Made by a program: the position numbers and the translations under genes. A model generated the notes under the pieces. That model was not told the origin of the DNA and did no database searches. It saw only the letters and a program-made list of their open reading frames with translations. A stretch of DNA of 64,000 nt from Candidatus Marinacidobacterales bacterium. Lineage in GTDB: Bacteria; Acidobacteriota; Vicinamibacteria; Marinacidobacterales; DATDRI01. Positions 18,806 to 28,915 of this stretch are shown piece by piece. Location: positions 5,120,001 through 5,184,000 of the forward strand of contig OZ245365.1 of NCBI GenBank assembly GCA_965226495.1, in the 5' to 3' direction. Numbering within the stretch: position 1 is the first letter of the stretch; every line of letters begins with the position of its first letter.

Positions 18806-21115
18806 ATGATCCAACCCGAACTCAACCTGCGCGATTATCTACGGATCCTTCGCAAGCATCGCTACTACCTGATCGCTCCGACCTTGCTGCTGGGCATCCT
18901 CACCTATTTGTTTACGCCAACTGCGTCCATAACCTACCGGGCCTCGGCGAGCATCAAGATCTCGCAAAGCAGTACCTTGGCCGGCCTCATGCTGCAGGTA
19001 TTTACCTTTTCTTCCGGAGATAACCTGGCCACTCAAACGCAAATCATCACCAGCCTTCCATTGGTCGCACGGCTCGCCCAAAACCTGGGGCGGATACCCG
19101 CCGACACGAGCTTCAAAGAAATTATGCGGCAGCCAAAGATGGTTGCCGAGATCGAAGACCTGCGAGGGATGGTTTCCGCAGAGCAAACCGGAAACACCAG
19201 CATTGTTCAGATTATCGCCGAGGCGAACTCCAGCCAGGAGGCGAAGGACGTGGTTAACGGACTGGCGGACGCCTTTGTAGAGTGGAGCGTGGAGGAGAAG
19301 AACCGACAAGTCATCGAGGCCAAGGACTTCATCGGGCAACAACTCGGCCAGGCGGAGATCCGACTCAAGGAGGCCGACAACGAGGTACAGGCCTTTCAGG
19401 AGCAACATCTGGATGAGCTTTCACTCTCTCCTGACACGATGTCCAGGTTGCAGCAGGAAAGGCAGAACATTCGGCAGCATTCTGCGACTCTCGGGTTGCA
19501 AGTGGAGCAGTTAAGGGCCCGCGGGAGTGAGGGCGCGATTCAGATCGACTGGATCTCGTCCGCCGAGCTCAACAACCCCGTGCTCGAAAAATTCAACACC
19601 GAGCTGATCGAGCTTCAATTTCAAAAGCAACGCCTCCTTGTCTATCAAACCGACGCTTCACCAGAAGTCCGAGTCGTCGAGAACAAGATCCAAACTCTGG
19701 TGTCGAACCTCGTCCGAGAGTACGAGGACACCCTGGAGAATCTCTCCGAGAGGCAAGCCGAGATCGACCAAAAACTGGCGGTCATCCCGGAGAACGATGC
19801 CGCGTTCGCTCGGCTGCGCAGGAATCAGCAAGTGGCCAGCGAAGCCTACACCATGCTGAAATCGAAATACGAGGAAGCATCGATTCGAGAGGCCGAGAAG
19901 ATTCGAGAGGCCGATGTGGTCGAGTACGCCATGAGCTCGGCTCCGCTGGTCGCTTCGGGAAAACTTTCGAAAAGCCTGGTTGGCGCTCTAGTCGGTCTCG
20001 TGCTGGGCTTCATTCTGGCTCTACTCGCAGAGGGATTGGACACTTCCATCGGCACCATCGAGGATGTGGAATCATATCTCCAAGTCCCGGTCCTGGGGGT
20101 CATTCCGCACATCGATCGCGACCACGTTGCGGGGCTGGTCAAGTTGTCCAGCCCTCAATTGGCGCACGAGTCGTTGGCGTCTTACTCTACGCTGGTCGCC
20201 CAGTTCGACCCAAAATCGCCTGCCGCGGAGTCCTACCGATCCCTCAGAACGAATCTCGAGTTTACGAAATTGAGCAGTCCGGCCCGGACCTTCCTGGTCA
20301 CCAGCTCTACGTTAGAGGAGGGCAAGTCGACGACCGTCGCCAACCTGGGTCTCACGCTCGCTCAGAGTGGTAAGCGGACCCTCGTTGTGGGGAGCGATCT
20401 GAGGAGACCCTCGATCTACAGCTACTTCGGCCTCTCGAGGGAGCCTGGACTCACTGAAATTCTTTTAGGCACCGTTCGGTGGCAAGAGGCGCTTCGATCC
20501 ATCGCCGATGTCTTCGTCGGAAAGTTGGACATGGACACCTTGGTTCAGACGCCTGGGTTGGAGAACCTATCCTTCATTACCAGTGGCGCGCTGCCTCCCA
20601 ATCCGGCGGAGCTGCTTGGATCTTCTCCGATGCGCCAGTTCATCGATGAGGTCTCGCGAGAGTTCGATATCGTGATCTTCGACAGCCCGCCCTCGCTTCC
20701 GGTCACCGACGCTGCCATCCTTGCCTCGCAAGTGGACGGAGTGGTCTTGATTTACCAGATGGGGCGGGCGGGCCGAAGCTTGCTAAAACGAGCGAAGAGC
20801 CATATGGAGGCGGTTCAGGCGAATATTCGCGGTGTCGTACTCAACGACATCAAGGCCGAAGTTAGCGAGTTCTCACCGGCAGAATACTACTATCAGTACT
20901 ACACGTCTTCCGGACAAAAGAGTAACGGCGAGCCGCAGAGTCTCTTGCAGCGAACTCTACAACAAGTTCTCGGTCGAACCACGAGGACCTCGCCGCGTCG
21001 CCACACCTCGAGCGATTCCAGTCATCGGGCTGGACTAATCGGCGGTAAGACCGAGTACGAGGACGTCCTCCGGGTAACCGAAGAAACGCGGACCGACGAC
21101 ACACAAGGGGAGTGA
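18806..21115 (+). CDS. wzc: Polysaccharide co-polymerase / tyrosine autokinase
   Basis: ELNLRDYLRILRK, coiled-coil periplasmic region, ESYRSLRTNL, Walker A STLEEGKST, DLRRP, FDSPP, tyrosine cluster EYYYQYY. Confidence 0.93.
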   Translation: MIQPELNLRDYLRILRKHRYYLIAPTLLLGILTYLFTPTASITYRASASIKISQSSTLAGLMLQVFTFSSGDNLATQTQIITSLPLVARLAQNLGRIPADTSFKEIMRQPKMVAEIEDLRGMVSAEQTGNTSIVQIIAEANSSQEAKDVVNGLADAFVEWSVEEKNRQVIEAKDFIGQQLGQAEIRLKEADNEVQAFQEQHLDELSLSPDTMSRLQQERQNIRQHSATLGLQVEQLRARGSEGAIQIDWISSAELNNPVLEKFNTELIELQFQKQRLLVYQTDASPEVRVVENKIQTLVSNLVREYEDTLENLSERQAEIDQKLAVIPENDAAFARLRRNQQVASEAYTMLKSKYEEASIREAEKIREADVVEYAMSSAPLVASGKLSKSLVGALVGLVLGFILALLAEGLDTSIGTIEDVESYLQVPVLGVIPHIDRDHVAGLVKLSSPQLAHESLASYSTLVAQFDPKSPAAESYRSLRTNLEFTKLSSPARTFLVTSSTLEEGKSTTVANLGLTLAQSGKRTLVVGSDLRRPSIYSYFGLSREPGLTEILLGTVRWQEALRSIADVFVGKLDMDTLVQTPGLENLSFITSGALPPNPAELLGSSPMRQFIDEVSREFDIVIFDSPPSLPVTDAAILASQVDGVVLIYQMGRAGRSLLKRAKSHMEAVQANIRGVVLNDIKAEVSEFSPAEYYYQYYTSSGQKSNGEPQSLLQRTLQQVLGRTTRTSPRRHTSSDSSHRAGLIGGKTEYEDVLRVTEETRTDDTQGE

Positions 21116-22191
21116 CGATGGGTTGGTTCGGTAAGAGAACTGAAGATACGGCCGATCGGCCTCAGGAGCTCCACCCGCGGGTCAAGGGGTTAGCCGATCG
21201 ACTCGAGGAGAGTCTGCCCAGCAATGACTTCCCTGGCGAGATGGCCCAACTCGATCGTCATGTGATTGCCGTGGGGAGCGGTAAAGGTGGGGTCGGTAAG
21301 ACGCTCGTATCTTCTAGTCTGGCGCTCAGACTAGCCGAGCTGGGGACACGCCCGGTCGTCGCGGTGGACGTGGATCTGGGCGGTGCGAACCTCCACACTG
21401 GCCTCGGCATCAAGAGACCCTCCTTCGGTCTCAACCGGTTCATTCTCGACCAGGTTCCGCTGAAGGCCCTTTCCCAAGAAAGCGGCATCGACGGGCTGGA
21501 GTTCGTCGGTGGCGCTTCGGACATTGTCGGCCTCGCCGAGTTCTCGGAGCGAGATCGAGCACGTTTCCTCGAGGAGCTGGAAGGCTTTCGCGAGGAAACG
21601 TTGATCCTCGATCTAGGGGCAGGCTCCTCTTTGTTCAACCTCGATCTGTTCTGCACCGCCGACCAAGGGGTCTTGGTGACGACTACCGAGCCGACCGCTG
21701 TTCAGAACGCCTACGGCTTCTTGAAGGCGGCCATCTATCGCCGACTGCGTTTACGTTTCGAAGGCGAAGAAGCGCTCCTCGACATGCTCGACGACGCCAT
21801 GAACCACCGCGGCGGCGAAGAAAACAATTCCGTGCCGGCTTTGTTGCAGCGGGTGTCTCGATACAACCGCTCTGCTGCCTCACGCATCGAGGAAATCGTC
21901 ACTGGGCTCAAGATCGGAGTGGTCGTCAACATGGCCACGGCCTCTGAGGCCGCTGCCATCGCCGAGAAACTTGCTCACGTCGTGCTTCAGCACTTGAGAG
22001 CAAGGTTGGACTTGCTCGGCAACGTCGACTACGACAAATCGGTACCTCGCAGCGTCCGGGAGTGGCGGCCTTTCGTCGTTCACTTCCCGAGAACTCGAGC
22101 CGCTCGGAAACTCGAGGGTGTGGCCACGCGGGTCGCGAACCGCCTGGATCGCGAGTCAGGGGAGAACTGGCGACCGCAAGTAGGAACTTGA
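21112..22191 (+). CDS. MinD/FleN(FlhG)-like P-loop ATPase
   Basis: Deviant Walker A GSGKGGVGKT, VDVDLGGANL, ILDLGAG, EPTAVQNAYGFLK. GTGA overlap with wzc. Confidence 0.85.
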   Translation: MTMGWFGKRTEDTADRPQELHPRVKGLADRLEESLPSNDFPGEMAQLDRHVIAVGSGKGGVGKTLVSSSLALRLAELGTRPVVAVDVDLGGANLHTGLGIKRPSFGLNRFILDQVPLKALSQESGIDGLEFVGGASDIVGLAEFSERDRARFLEELEGFREETLILDLGAGSSLFNLDLFCTADQGVLVTTTEPTAVQNAYGFLKAAIYRRLRLRFEGEEALLDMLDDAMNHRGGEENNSVPALLQRVSRYNRSAASRIEEIVTGLKIGVVVNMATASEAAAIAEKLAHVVLQHLRARLDLLGNVDYDKSVPRSVREWRPFVVHFPRTRAARKLEGVATRVANRLDRESGENWRPQVGT

Positions 22192-22228
22192 ACTAAGAAA
22201 CCCGCGCTTCGCCTACTCCGACAAAGAA

Positions 22229-23587
22229 ATGACTACCGCCTCGGAACGGGCCCCGCTCACACCAATGCTTTTGGCGTTCTCTGCGATCCTGGTTCCTCTC
22301 TTGGCCGCATTCGTCGTCGCCCGCGTTCCCGTCTCGAGCACCACGCTCATAGCTGGAGTGCTGTTGCTGACGCTTGTCGGTCTACTGCATGTACGTCTGA
22401 CGGTTTACCTCATCATCTTCAGCATGCTGTTGTCGCCCGAGCTGGGGCTCGGCGCCACCGCGGGCGACCGGGCGGTGACCATCCGTTTCGAGGACTTTCT
22501 TCTCATTCTCGTCGCCGCCGCGTGGCTGGCTCGCTCCGCATATCAAAAAGACCTCGGCTTGATCCGCTCTAGTCCATTGAATTGGCCGATCGCCGCATAC
22601 ACCGCCGCGGCTATCTTGGCCACCCTAGTGAGCGGTTGGTTGGATGAGATCGACTGGTTGCGGGCACTGCTCTTCCTCGCCAAGTACGTTGAATACTTCG
22701 TTCTCTATTTCTTGGTATTGAATACGGTCAGAAATAGGACCGATATCCGAAACTACCTCATCGCCGCCTTCGTTACGTGCGTGATTGTGTCCATCGTAGG
22801 GATCGCACAGATACCCACCGGCCAGCGCGTGTCAGCGCCGTTCGAAGGAGAGATCGGGGAACCGAACACGTTCGGTGGCTACCTCGTCTTCATGCTGGCA
22901 CTAGCATCCGGTTTCTACCTGATGGCCACCTCCCTTCGAGAACGTGCCTTGTGGATCGGCATGGGAGCACTCATCACCCTTCCCTTGCTCTATACGCTCT
23001 CGAGAAGCTCATGGCTCGCCGCGGGCGCGATGGGACTCACGTTGCTCTGGCTCTCTCCGAAAAAGGGCCATTTGCTCGTCGCCGCGACGATAGCGTTAGC
23101 GCTGTCTCCGGTTGTCCTGCCCCACCAGGTGGTTGAACGAATGGCGTATACTCTCGAGCAACCACCGGAGCCAGGACAAATTAGGTTTGGAGAGGCCCGG
23201 CTCGACACTTCCTTGTCGGCGAGGATACGGAGTTGGCAGTTCGGGCTCGATGGCTGGGCGGCGCGTCCTTTGACGGGATACGGAGTAGCCAGCTACGGGT
23301 TCATGGATGCTCAGTACGTGCGAATCCTCGTCGAGACTGGCATCATCGGCCTCGCGGCGTTCGGCTGGCTGATGATCAATATCTTCCGCATGGCGCGCCT
23401 TCGACTACACGAAGCCAAGGACCGATTCGCCGTCGCCCTCAGCCTCGGCTATCTGGCTGGGTTCGTCGCTCTGCTTGTTCACGGAATCGGTGCGAACACC
23501 TTTATCATCGTTCGCATCATGGAACCGTTTTGGCTGGTAACCGCTTTAGTGGTGGCGTTGCCACAGACCGAGCCGGCCAGTGACTGA
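22229..23587 (+). CDS. O-antigen ligase / Wzy polymerase family membrane protein
   Basis: Polytopic; EPNTFGGYL, TLSRSSW, RIRSW...PLTGYG, MDAQYVRILVETGIIG. Confidence 0.85.
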   Translation: MTTASERAPLTPMLLAFSAILVPLLAAFVVARVPVSSTTLIAGVLLLTLVGLLHVRLTVYLIIFSMLLSPELGLGATAGDRAVTIRFEDFLLILVAAAWLARSAYQKDLGLIRSSPLNWPIAAYTAAAILATLVSGWLDEIDWLRALLFLAKYVEYFVLYFLVLNTVRNRTDIRNYLIAAFVTCVIVSIVGIAQIPTGQRVSAPFEGEIGEPNTFGGYLVFMLALASGFYLMATSLRERALWIGMGALITLPLLYTLSRSSWLAAGAMGLTLLWLSPKKGHLLVAATIALALSPVVLPHQVVERMAYTLEQPPEPGQIRFGEARLDTSLSARIRSWQFGLDGWAARPLTGYGVASYGFMDAQYVRILVETGIIGLAAFGWLMINIFRMARLRLHEAKDRFAVALSLGYLAGFVALLVHGIGANTFIIVRIMEPFWLVTALVVALPQTEPASD

Positions 23588-24578
23588 ATCGGAATCCCCT
23601 TTCGTCTCGGTGCTGATTAGCACCAAGGATCGCCGCGACCTCCTACGCCAGACCCTGGAGTCGCTCTGGCAGCTCGATTACCCGCGAGAAAAGATGGAAG
23701 TCGTAGTGGTTGAGGAAACGAGTCAACCCGAAGACCCAGGAGTCGATCGGTATGTGGTCCTTCCGAGAGAGGGGCGGGGCTTCGCTTGGAGCCGTAACGC
23801 CGCCCTGCGAGTCGCCTCTCATCCTTTGGTGGCGTTCACGGACGACGATTGCATCGTGGACCGACGATGGCTCCGTGAGTTAGCGGCCCCCTTCGAGGAC
23901 CCGGAGATCGGAGCTGTGGCGGGTGCCGTCTTAGCACAACCTTCTGGGCTACTCGGGAAAACGGAGATCGTTCTGGGGTTTCCTGGCGGCGGACTTCGCC
24001 GGATCGCATGGGCCCAAGACCAGATCCGACCGGTGAGTGGCTTATCCACTGTGAACGCCGCCGCACGCCGCAAAATCCTAGAGACCTTAGGCGGTTTTTC
24101 CGAGGCGACGGGAATCTACGGTGGAGAGGATTCCGATCTCTTCGGTCGTTTGACGGAACGTCATCGCGCCGTCTTCAATCCGCGGGCGATGGTTCACCAT
24201 CGGGCTCGCGATTCCGTTGGGGGTATTGCACGCTGGCTCTACCGACGCGGCATCTCGGCGATCTCTCTGGTTCGCCTCTCTCGCACGCATCGGCTTCGCG
24301 CTGTTCTTGGCGAGCTCCGGAGCTCCGTTCTACTACGTCTGGGATTCGTGACCGCCTTGCTCTACGTCCTCGGTCGACCGATTGCAATGTCTCTCTTAGT
24401 CCTTGCTGTCGTTTACTACGCGCTGATGATCGTCCGCTACCGCTTCGCGTGGCGACCCATGGGCTTGTCGGTCCTTCTCCTTACACCGTTGACCAAGGTC
24501 TTAATGGATGCGGCGTTCGACGTCGGCCGTCTGAAGGGACTGCTGCTCTGGTTCAGCGGGAGCTTTCAAAACGCATGA
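23580..24578 (+). CDS. Glycosyltransferase family 2
   Basis: VSVLISTKDR, SRNAA, FTDDDC, GGEDSDL, C-terminal TM segments. Confidence 0.88.
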   Translation: MTESESPFVSVLISTKDRRDLLRQTLESLWQLDYPREKMEVVVVEETSQPEDPGVDRYVVLPREGRGFAWSRNAALRVASHPLVAFTDDDCIVDRRWLRELAAPFEDPEIGAVAGAVLAQPSGLLGKTEIVLGFPGGGLRRIAWAQDQIRPVSGLSTVNAAARRKILETLGGFSEATGIYGGEDSDLFGRLTERHRAVFNPRAMVHHRARDSVGGIARWLYRRGISAISLVRLSRTHRLRAVLGELRSSVLLRLGFVTALLYVLGRPIAMSLLVLAVVYYALMIVRYRFAWRPMGLSVLLLTPLTKVLMDAAFDVGRLKGLLLWFSGSFQNA

Positions 24579-25708
24579 CTAAACCGCGAGTCCTTCTCGC
24601 CGAAAACGCCGGGAGCTTCGTAGGTGGCGGACAGGTGAGCTTTCTGGGGTTGGTCGACCGACTGAACCGCTCTCGCTTCGAACCTTACGTAGTTTGTCCG
24701 GAAGAGGGGGATTTCCTGGAAGCGGTGCTAGAACGAGGCATCCCCTCGCTCGTTCGCCGCATGCCATCCTTGCGAGGAGTGGGGGGACTGCGCGTTCCGT
24801 CCGCCGTCTATTCGTGGCTAGGCCTCATCGAGAAATATCGCATCAATCTGCTTCACGCCAACGGGACACGCGCCATGATCTATGCGGGACTCGTAGGAAG
24901 GATCGCTTCTATTCCGGTTCTTTGGCACGTGCGGGTTCTGGAAACGGACGGGCTCCTGGATCGGATCCTCGCCCGCCTCTCGACAAGGGTATTGGTTAAC
25001 TCCCACGCCGTGGCTCGCCGGTTCGAGTTCTTGAGTGGGCAATCGACCTCACGCGGACCCACGGTCGTCCCTAACGGGGTGGAGCTGGGAATCTTCGAGC
25101 GAGCAACGCCTGATCCCATTCTTCGCAAGGATTGGAAACTGGACGGAAAGTTCGTATTGCTCGAACTAGCGCAACTCATTTCATGGAAGCGGCAAGAACT
25201 GGCCTTACAGATTCTCGCGCTTCTCAGAGGACGAGGCATGAACGCGAACTTGGTCCTGGTGGGAGATGAAGTTCCCTCCTCGCAGGGAGAGCGAGCACGC
25301 CTGAACGCTCTCTCTAAGCGCTTGGGCGTGGAAAACCACTGTATCTTTGCCGGATTCCGCCGTGATGTTCCCGAAGTGCTCAAGCAAGCAGACGTGCTGA
25401 TTCATCCTGCCCGAGAGGAGCCGTTCGGGCGAGCCCTGATCGAAGCGATGGCCGCCGGCCTTCCGGTGATTGCCGCGGGCGGTGGCGGTGTGGATGAAGT
25501 CGTCGAGGATGGCGTGACGGGTGTGATCGTACGCTCTGCTTCCCCGGGGATATGGGTAGAAGCGATCGAAAAGCTCTATGAAGATCAGCCGCTGCGACAA
25601 CAGATGGGCACGGCGGGACGCAAAAGAGTGAAGGAGCATTTCACCATCGAGGCACACGTAGCCGACGTCGAAAAAATTTACGAGGAGGTTCTATCTTCAT
25701 CCCGATGA
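24575..25708 (+). CDS. Glycosyltransferase family 4
   Basis: GGGQVS, LWHVR, EPFGRALIEAMAAG. Start at ATG 24575 (ATGA overlap). Confidence 0.9.
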   Translation: MTKPRVLLAENAGSFVGGGQVSFLGLVDRLNRSRFEPYVVCPEEGDFLEAVLERGIPSLVRRMPSLRGVGGLRVPSAVYSWLGLIEKYRINLLHANGTRAMIYAGLVGRIASIPVLWHVRVLETDGLLDRILARLSTRVLVNSHAVARRFEFLSGQSTSRGPTVVPNGVELGIFERATPDPILRKDWKLDGKFVLLELAQLISWKRQELALQILALLRGRGMNANLVLVGDEVPSSQGERARLNALSKRLGVENHCIFAGFRRDVPEVLKQADVLIHPAREEPFGRALIEAMAAGLPVIAAGGGGVDEVVEDGVTGVIVRSASPGIWVEAIEKLYEDQPLRQQMGTAGRKRVKEHFTIEAHVADVEKIYEEVLSSSR

Positions 25709-26805
25709 GAATCGGCGTGGACGTTCGAGAATTGCAGCAGGGGGCTAGGACCGGGATCGGTCGCGTGGTCGAGGCATTCATCACCGAGACGCCGAAGATC
25801 GATCCCGAGGCCAGGCTCTTCCTATACGCGGACAAGACGACACGCCCCGATCTTCACGCCGACAGAGTCGAGGTTCGCACACTCAACCAGCCGGTGACCC
25901 TTTGGTTCGATCAAGTAGCCCTTCCGATGGCCCTTGCCAAGGATCGCGTGGACGTTTTCTTCTCGCCCTACTACAAGGCTCCCGTCGCCGCTCCATGCCC
26001 CTCGGTGGTCACGATCCATGACATTCTCTTCTTGAAGTTCAGCGGCCAACGCATCAAGAACGCGCTCTTCAAGCCCTGGGCTAAATTCATCGCCTCCCGC
26101 GTGGCCCGAATCCTCACCGACTCCGATCATTCGCGCCGCGACCTCGAGAAAACGCTGGGGCTCGATTCTTCCGACATCGAAGTCATCCCACTCGGAGTCT
26201 CACCGAGCTTTTCTCCGTCCGCCCGATCCGGCAGCGAAACGCTCGCCGAGAATCTGGGTTTCTCCAAGAACTACATCCTTACCATCACGAACTTTCTAGC
26301 CCACAAGAACAACGAGTGCCTCGTACGTGCCTTCGCCGAACTGGCTCCTCAGGAGCCGGACCTAACCTTGGTGCTAGCCGGGCGCTCGGCGGCTCCCACG
26401 CGAGACCTAAAGGCTCTCGTGGAACGACTCGGGATAGGGGGACGTGTCTCGATGCCGGGGTTGATCGCCGACGAAGATCTTCCGCTGCTTTATGCGGGGG
26501 CCCGCGTCTTTGCGTTTCCCTCTTTGTACGAGGGTTTCGGGCTTCCGGTCCTCGAAGCCTTCGCCAGCGGAGTCCCGGTGGCCTGTTCTTCGGCCACATC
26601 GCTCCCGGAGGTCGCTGCCGATGCCGCCTTGCTGCTGGACCCCAACGATCACTCGGCCTGGACTGAAGGGCTAGAGCGACTGCTGAGCGACGAGCCATTG
26701 CGGGAACGGCTCATCGAAGCCGGCCTCGCTCGAGCTTGCCAGTTCTCGTGGCGCAATTCGGCGGCGCGAATTCTCGCCGTACTGGAAAAGGTGCGCAAGA
26801 AGTGA
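25705..26805 (+). CDS. Glycosyltransferase family 4 (MtfB/WbpY-like)
   Basis: MRIGVD..TGIGR, VTIHD, FPSLYEGFGLPVLEA. Confidence 0.92.
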   Translation: MRIGVDVRELQQGARTGIGRVVEAFITETPKIDPEARLFLYADKTTRPDLHADRVEVRTLNQPVTLWFDQVALPMALAKDRVDVFFSPYYKAPVAAPCPSVVTIHDILFLKFSGQRIKNALFKPWAKFIASRVARILTDSDHSRRDLEKTLGLDSSDIEVIPLGVSPSFSPSARSGSETLAENLGFSKNYILTITNFLAHKNNECLVRAFAELAPQEPDLTLVLAGRSAAPTRDLKALVERLGIGGRVSMPGLIADEDLPLLYAGARVFAFPSLYEGFGLPVLEAFASGVPVACSSATSLPEVAADAALLLDPNDHSAWTEGLERLLSDEPLRERLIEAGLARACQFSWRNSAARILAVLEKVRKK

Positions 26806-28232
26806 CCGCCTTCGTATTGGCAGTGACCGTCGTCGCGACGACGAGCTACGCGGATAAAATCCCGCTGCGAACGGCGTTTCACGTTCACACGACGTTCAGC
26901 GACGGCTCCCACAGTCTAGATGAACTCGCATCGCGTGCCAGCCAAGAAGATATCGATGTCATCATCCTATCCGATCACTTCCAAACCCAGATCGAGTATG
27001 GCCCTCCTCTGTTTCGAAAAGCGCTAGGAGTCTCGGCCAACTCAGCCTCCCTCGGACTTCATGACCTGCCTGGTTACGTGGAAGCTGCGGCCGAAGCGGA
27101 ACGGCAAAGTGGCGTCCTCATGATGCCCGGCGTCGAGATAGCTCCTTTTTATTATTGGGAAGGCGACCTGGCCTCACAGGATCTCACGCTCAAATCGGCT
27201 CATCGCCACCTATTGGTTCTCTTTCCGGACCCACCGAACGTCGCCAGCCTTGGAACACTCCTACAGCGAATGAATGCCCCGGGTATCGAAGAGTTCGGCC
27301 TCGGCTCCCTGCTGCTCATCTGGCCTTTGATCCCGGGAGCCTGGGCCCTACATCGACTGCTCCACGGTAAGCGCTCTCTCGTTCTCTGGTTGGTGGCGGC
27401 GGGAAGCGTAGGCGCGCTCGCCCGCTCCTGGCCGTACCGTGTCCCGCGACATAGTCCCTACGCGAGTGATGCGGGGCCTGCTCCTTACCAAGACGCGCTC
27501 GATGAGTCCCGGGAGACGAAGACGTTGACGTTGTGGGCACATCCGGAAGCATCCGCCGACTTCCAGCATTCCCGATACCCGGTGACCTACCACAGCGAGA
27601 AATATCCGGAGCTCATCTATCAAACCCACGGTGCTACAGGATTTGCTGCTTTGTACGAAGGCTACCGGGAAACCGGAGGCATCGGAGGCGCTTGGGACCG
27701 CGCGCTCAACGAGTTCAGCCTCGAACGGCGGGGAGAACCAATCTGGACGGTAGGTGAGCTCGACCTTCACGAAGAAGGCGAATCGGGAGGTAAGATCCTC
27801 GGTCAAGTGGAGACGATCGTCCTCGCCGAGGGAAGATCGCGGCGGGCGGTCATGGATGCACTGGGCGAGGGATCCATGTATGCGGTCCGTCAGCCGGGAG
27901 CGACTCGTCTCACGCTCGAACGCTTTCGCGCCGTTTGTGACCAGGACGCAGTGAACATGGGGCAGAGGGCAACCGTGACGTCTCCTTGTCGGATCGAGGC
28001 CAGACTTCGCGCCCGTGGGGAGACGCTCGGTAAGGTATCCACGACACTCGTCAGGAATGGAGAAGTGGCCGGTGAGCGCACCATTGACATCGGTGAGGAT
28101 GGGATCGAGTTAACCTGGGATGCAGATGTCGCGCCGGGCCGCATCTCCTACTTCAGGCTCATGGCGCGGCGCGGAAACACGCTTTCTTTGTTTTCCAATC
28201 CTATCTTCCTCGTAGCGGGAGGTCGGCCTTGA
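26802..28232 (+). CDS. PHP-fold metallohydrolase with an inserted hydrophobic hairpin (CehA/McbA-like)
   Basis: FHVHTTFSDG, LSDHF, PGVE, WAHP, GELDLH, C-terminal Ig-like part ending FSNPIF. GTG start at 26802. Confidence 0.7.
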   Translation: MTAFVLAVTVVATTSYADKIPLRTAFHVHTTFSDGSHSLDELASRASQEDIDVIILSDHFQTQIEYGPPLFRKALGVSANSASLGLHDLPGYVEAAAEAERQSGVLMMPGVEIAPFYYWEGDLASQDLTLKSAHRHLLVLFPDPPNVASLGTLLQRMNAPGIEEFGLGSLLLIWPLIPGAWALHRLLHGKRSLVLWLVAAGSVGALARSWPYRVPRHSPYASDAGPAPYQDALDESRETKTLTLWAHPEASADFQHSRYPVTYHSEKYPELIYQTHGATGFAALYEGYRETGGIGGAWDRALNEFSLERRGEPIWTVGELDLHEEGESGGKILGQVETIVLAEGRSRRAVMDALGEGSMYAVRQPGATRLTLERFRAVCDQDAVNMGQRATVTSPCRIEARLRARGETLGKVSTTLVRNGEVAGERTIDIGEDGIELTWDADVAPGRISYFRLMARRGNTLSLFSNPIFLVAGGRP

Positions 28233-28915
28233 TTCTCGCTGCCCACCAGCCACAGTTCGCTCCATGGTTGGGTTACTTCGACAAGTTGGACCGTGCCGAT
28301 GTCTTCGTTCTTCTCGACAACGTACAGTTCAAAAAGAACGAATGGCAGAACCGCAACCGGATCAAGGGCTCGGGAGGACCGCAATGGCTTACCGTGCCCG
28401 TCTCGGGCGATTTCGGAAAAAAAATAGCGGAGCTGGATATCGTCTCACCGCAGAACTGGCCGGAACGACATTTGAAGACGCTCCGGGCGTGCTATGGACG
28501 GGCGCCTTATTTCGAGGCGACGTTCTCTCGTTACGGGTCAGTCGCTTGCCGTCCATGGAAGAAGCTGGCAGACTTGAATATACAGCTTTTACACGACCTG
28601 CTCGCTGAGATAGGTCTCGAGAGAAAAATCTTGCTTGCCTCCGAGATCGGCCCACTCTCCGAGGATCGCGACGAACGCCTCATCGACATCTGTCGGACGC
28701 TCGGCGCGGAGACCTACTTGGCGGGAGCGGGCGGTCGCGATTACATGCAACTCGAGCGGTACCGAGCCGCTGGGATCGAAGTGGTGTTTCAAGAGTATCG
28801 ACATCCCTCGTACCCTCAGCTCTTCGGCGAATTCACGCCGAACCTCTCGGTCTTGGACCTGCTCTTCAACTGCGGTCACCGTTCGATGGAGATCATTCGA
28901 GAAGGGAGACAATGA
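28229..28915 (+). CDS. WbqC-like protein
   Basis: AHQPQFAPWLGYFDK, LDNVQF..WQNRNRI, YPQL..F.PNLSVLDLLFN. Confidence 0.9.
   Translation: MILAAHQPQFAPWLGYFDKLDRADVFVLLDNVQFKKNEWQNRNRIKGSGGPQWLTVPVSGDFGKKIAELDIVSPQNWPERHLKTLRACYGRAPYFEATFSRYGSVACRPWKKLADLNIQLLHDLLAEIGLERKILLASEIGPLSEDRDERLIDICRTLGAETYLAGAGGRDYMQLERYRAAGIEVVFQEYRHPSYPQLFGEFTPNLSVLDLLFNCGHRSMEIIREGRQ

Noticed and set aside
24008-24574. Long N-terminal extensions given by the ORF track (also 36250, 45720, 7545, 1533, 13338, 44521)
   Set aside because: They overlap upstream genes, and family similarity begins at downstream starts that have coupling overlaps or promoter support.
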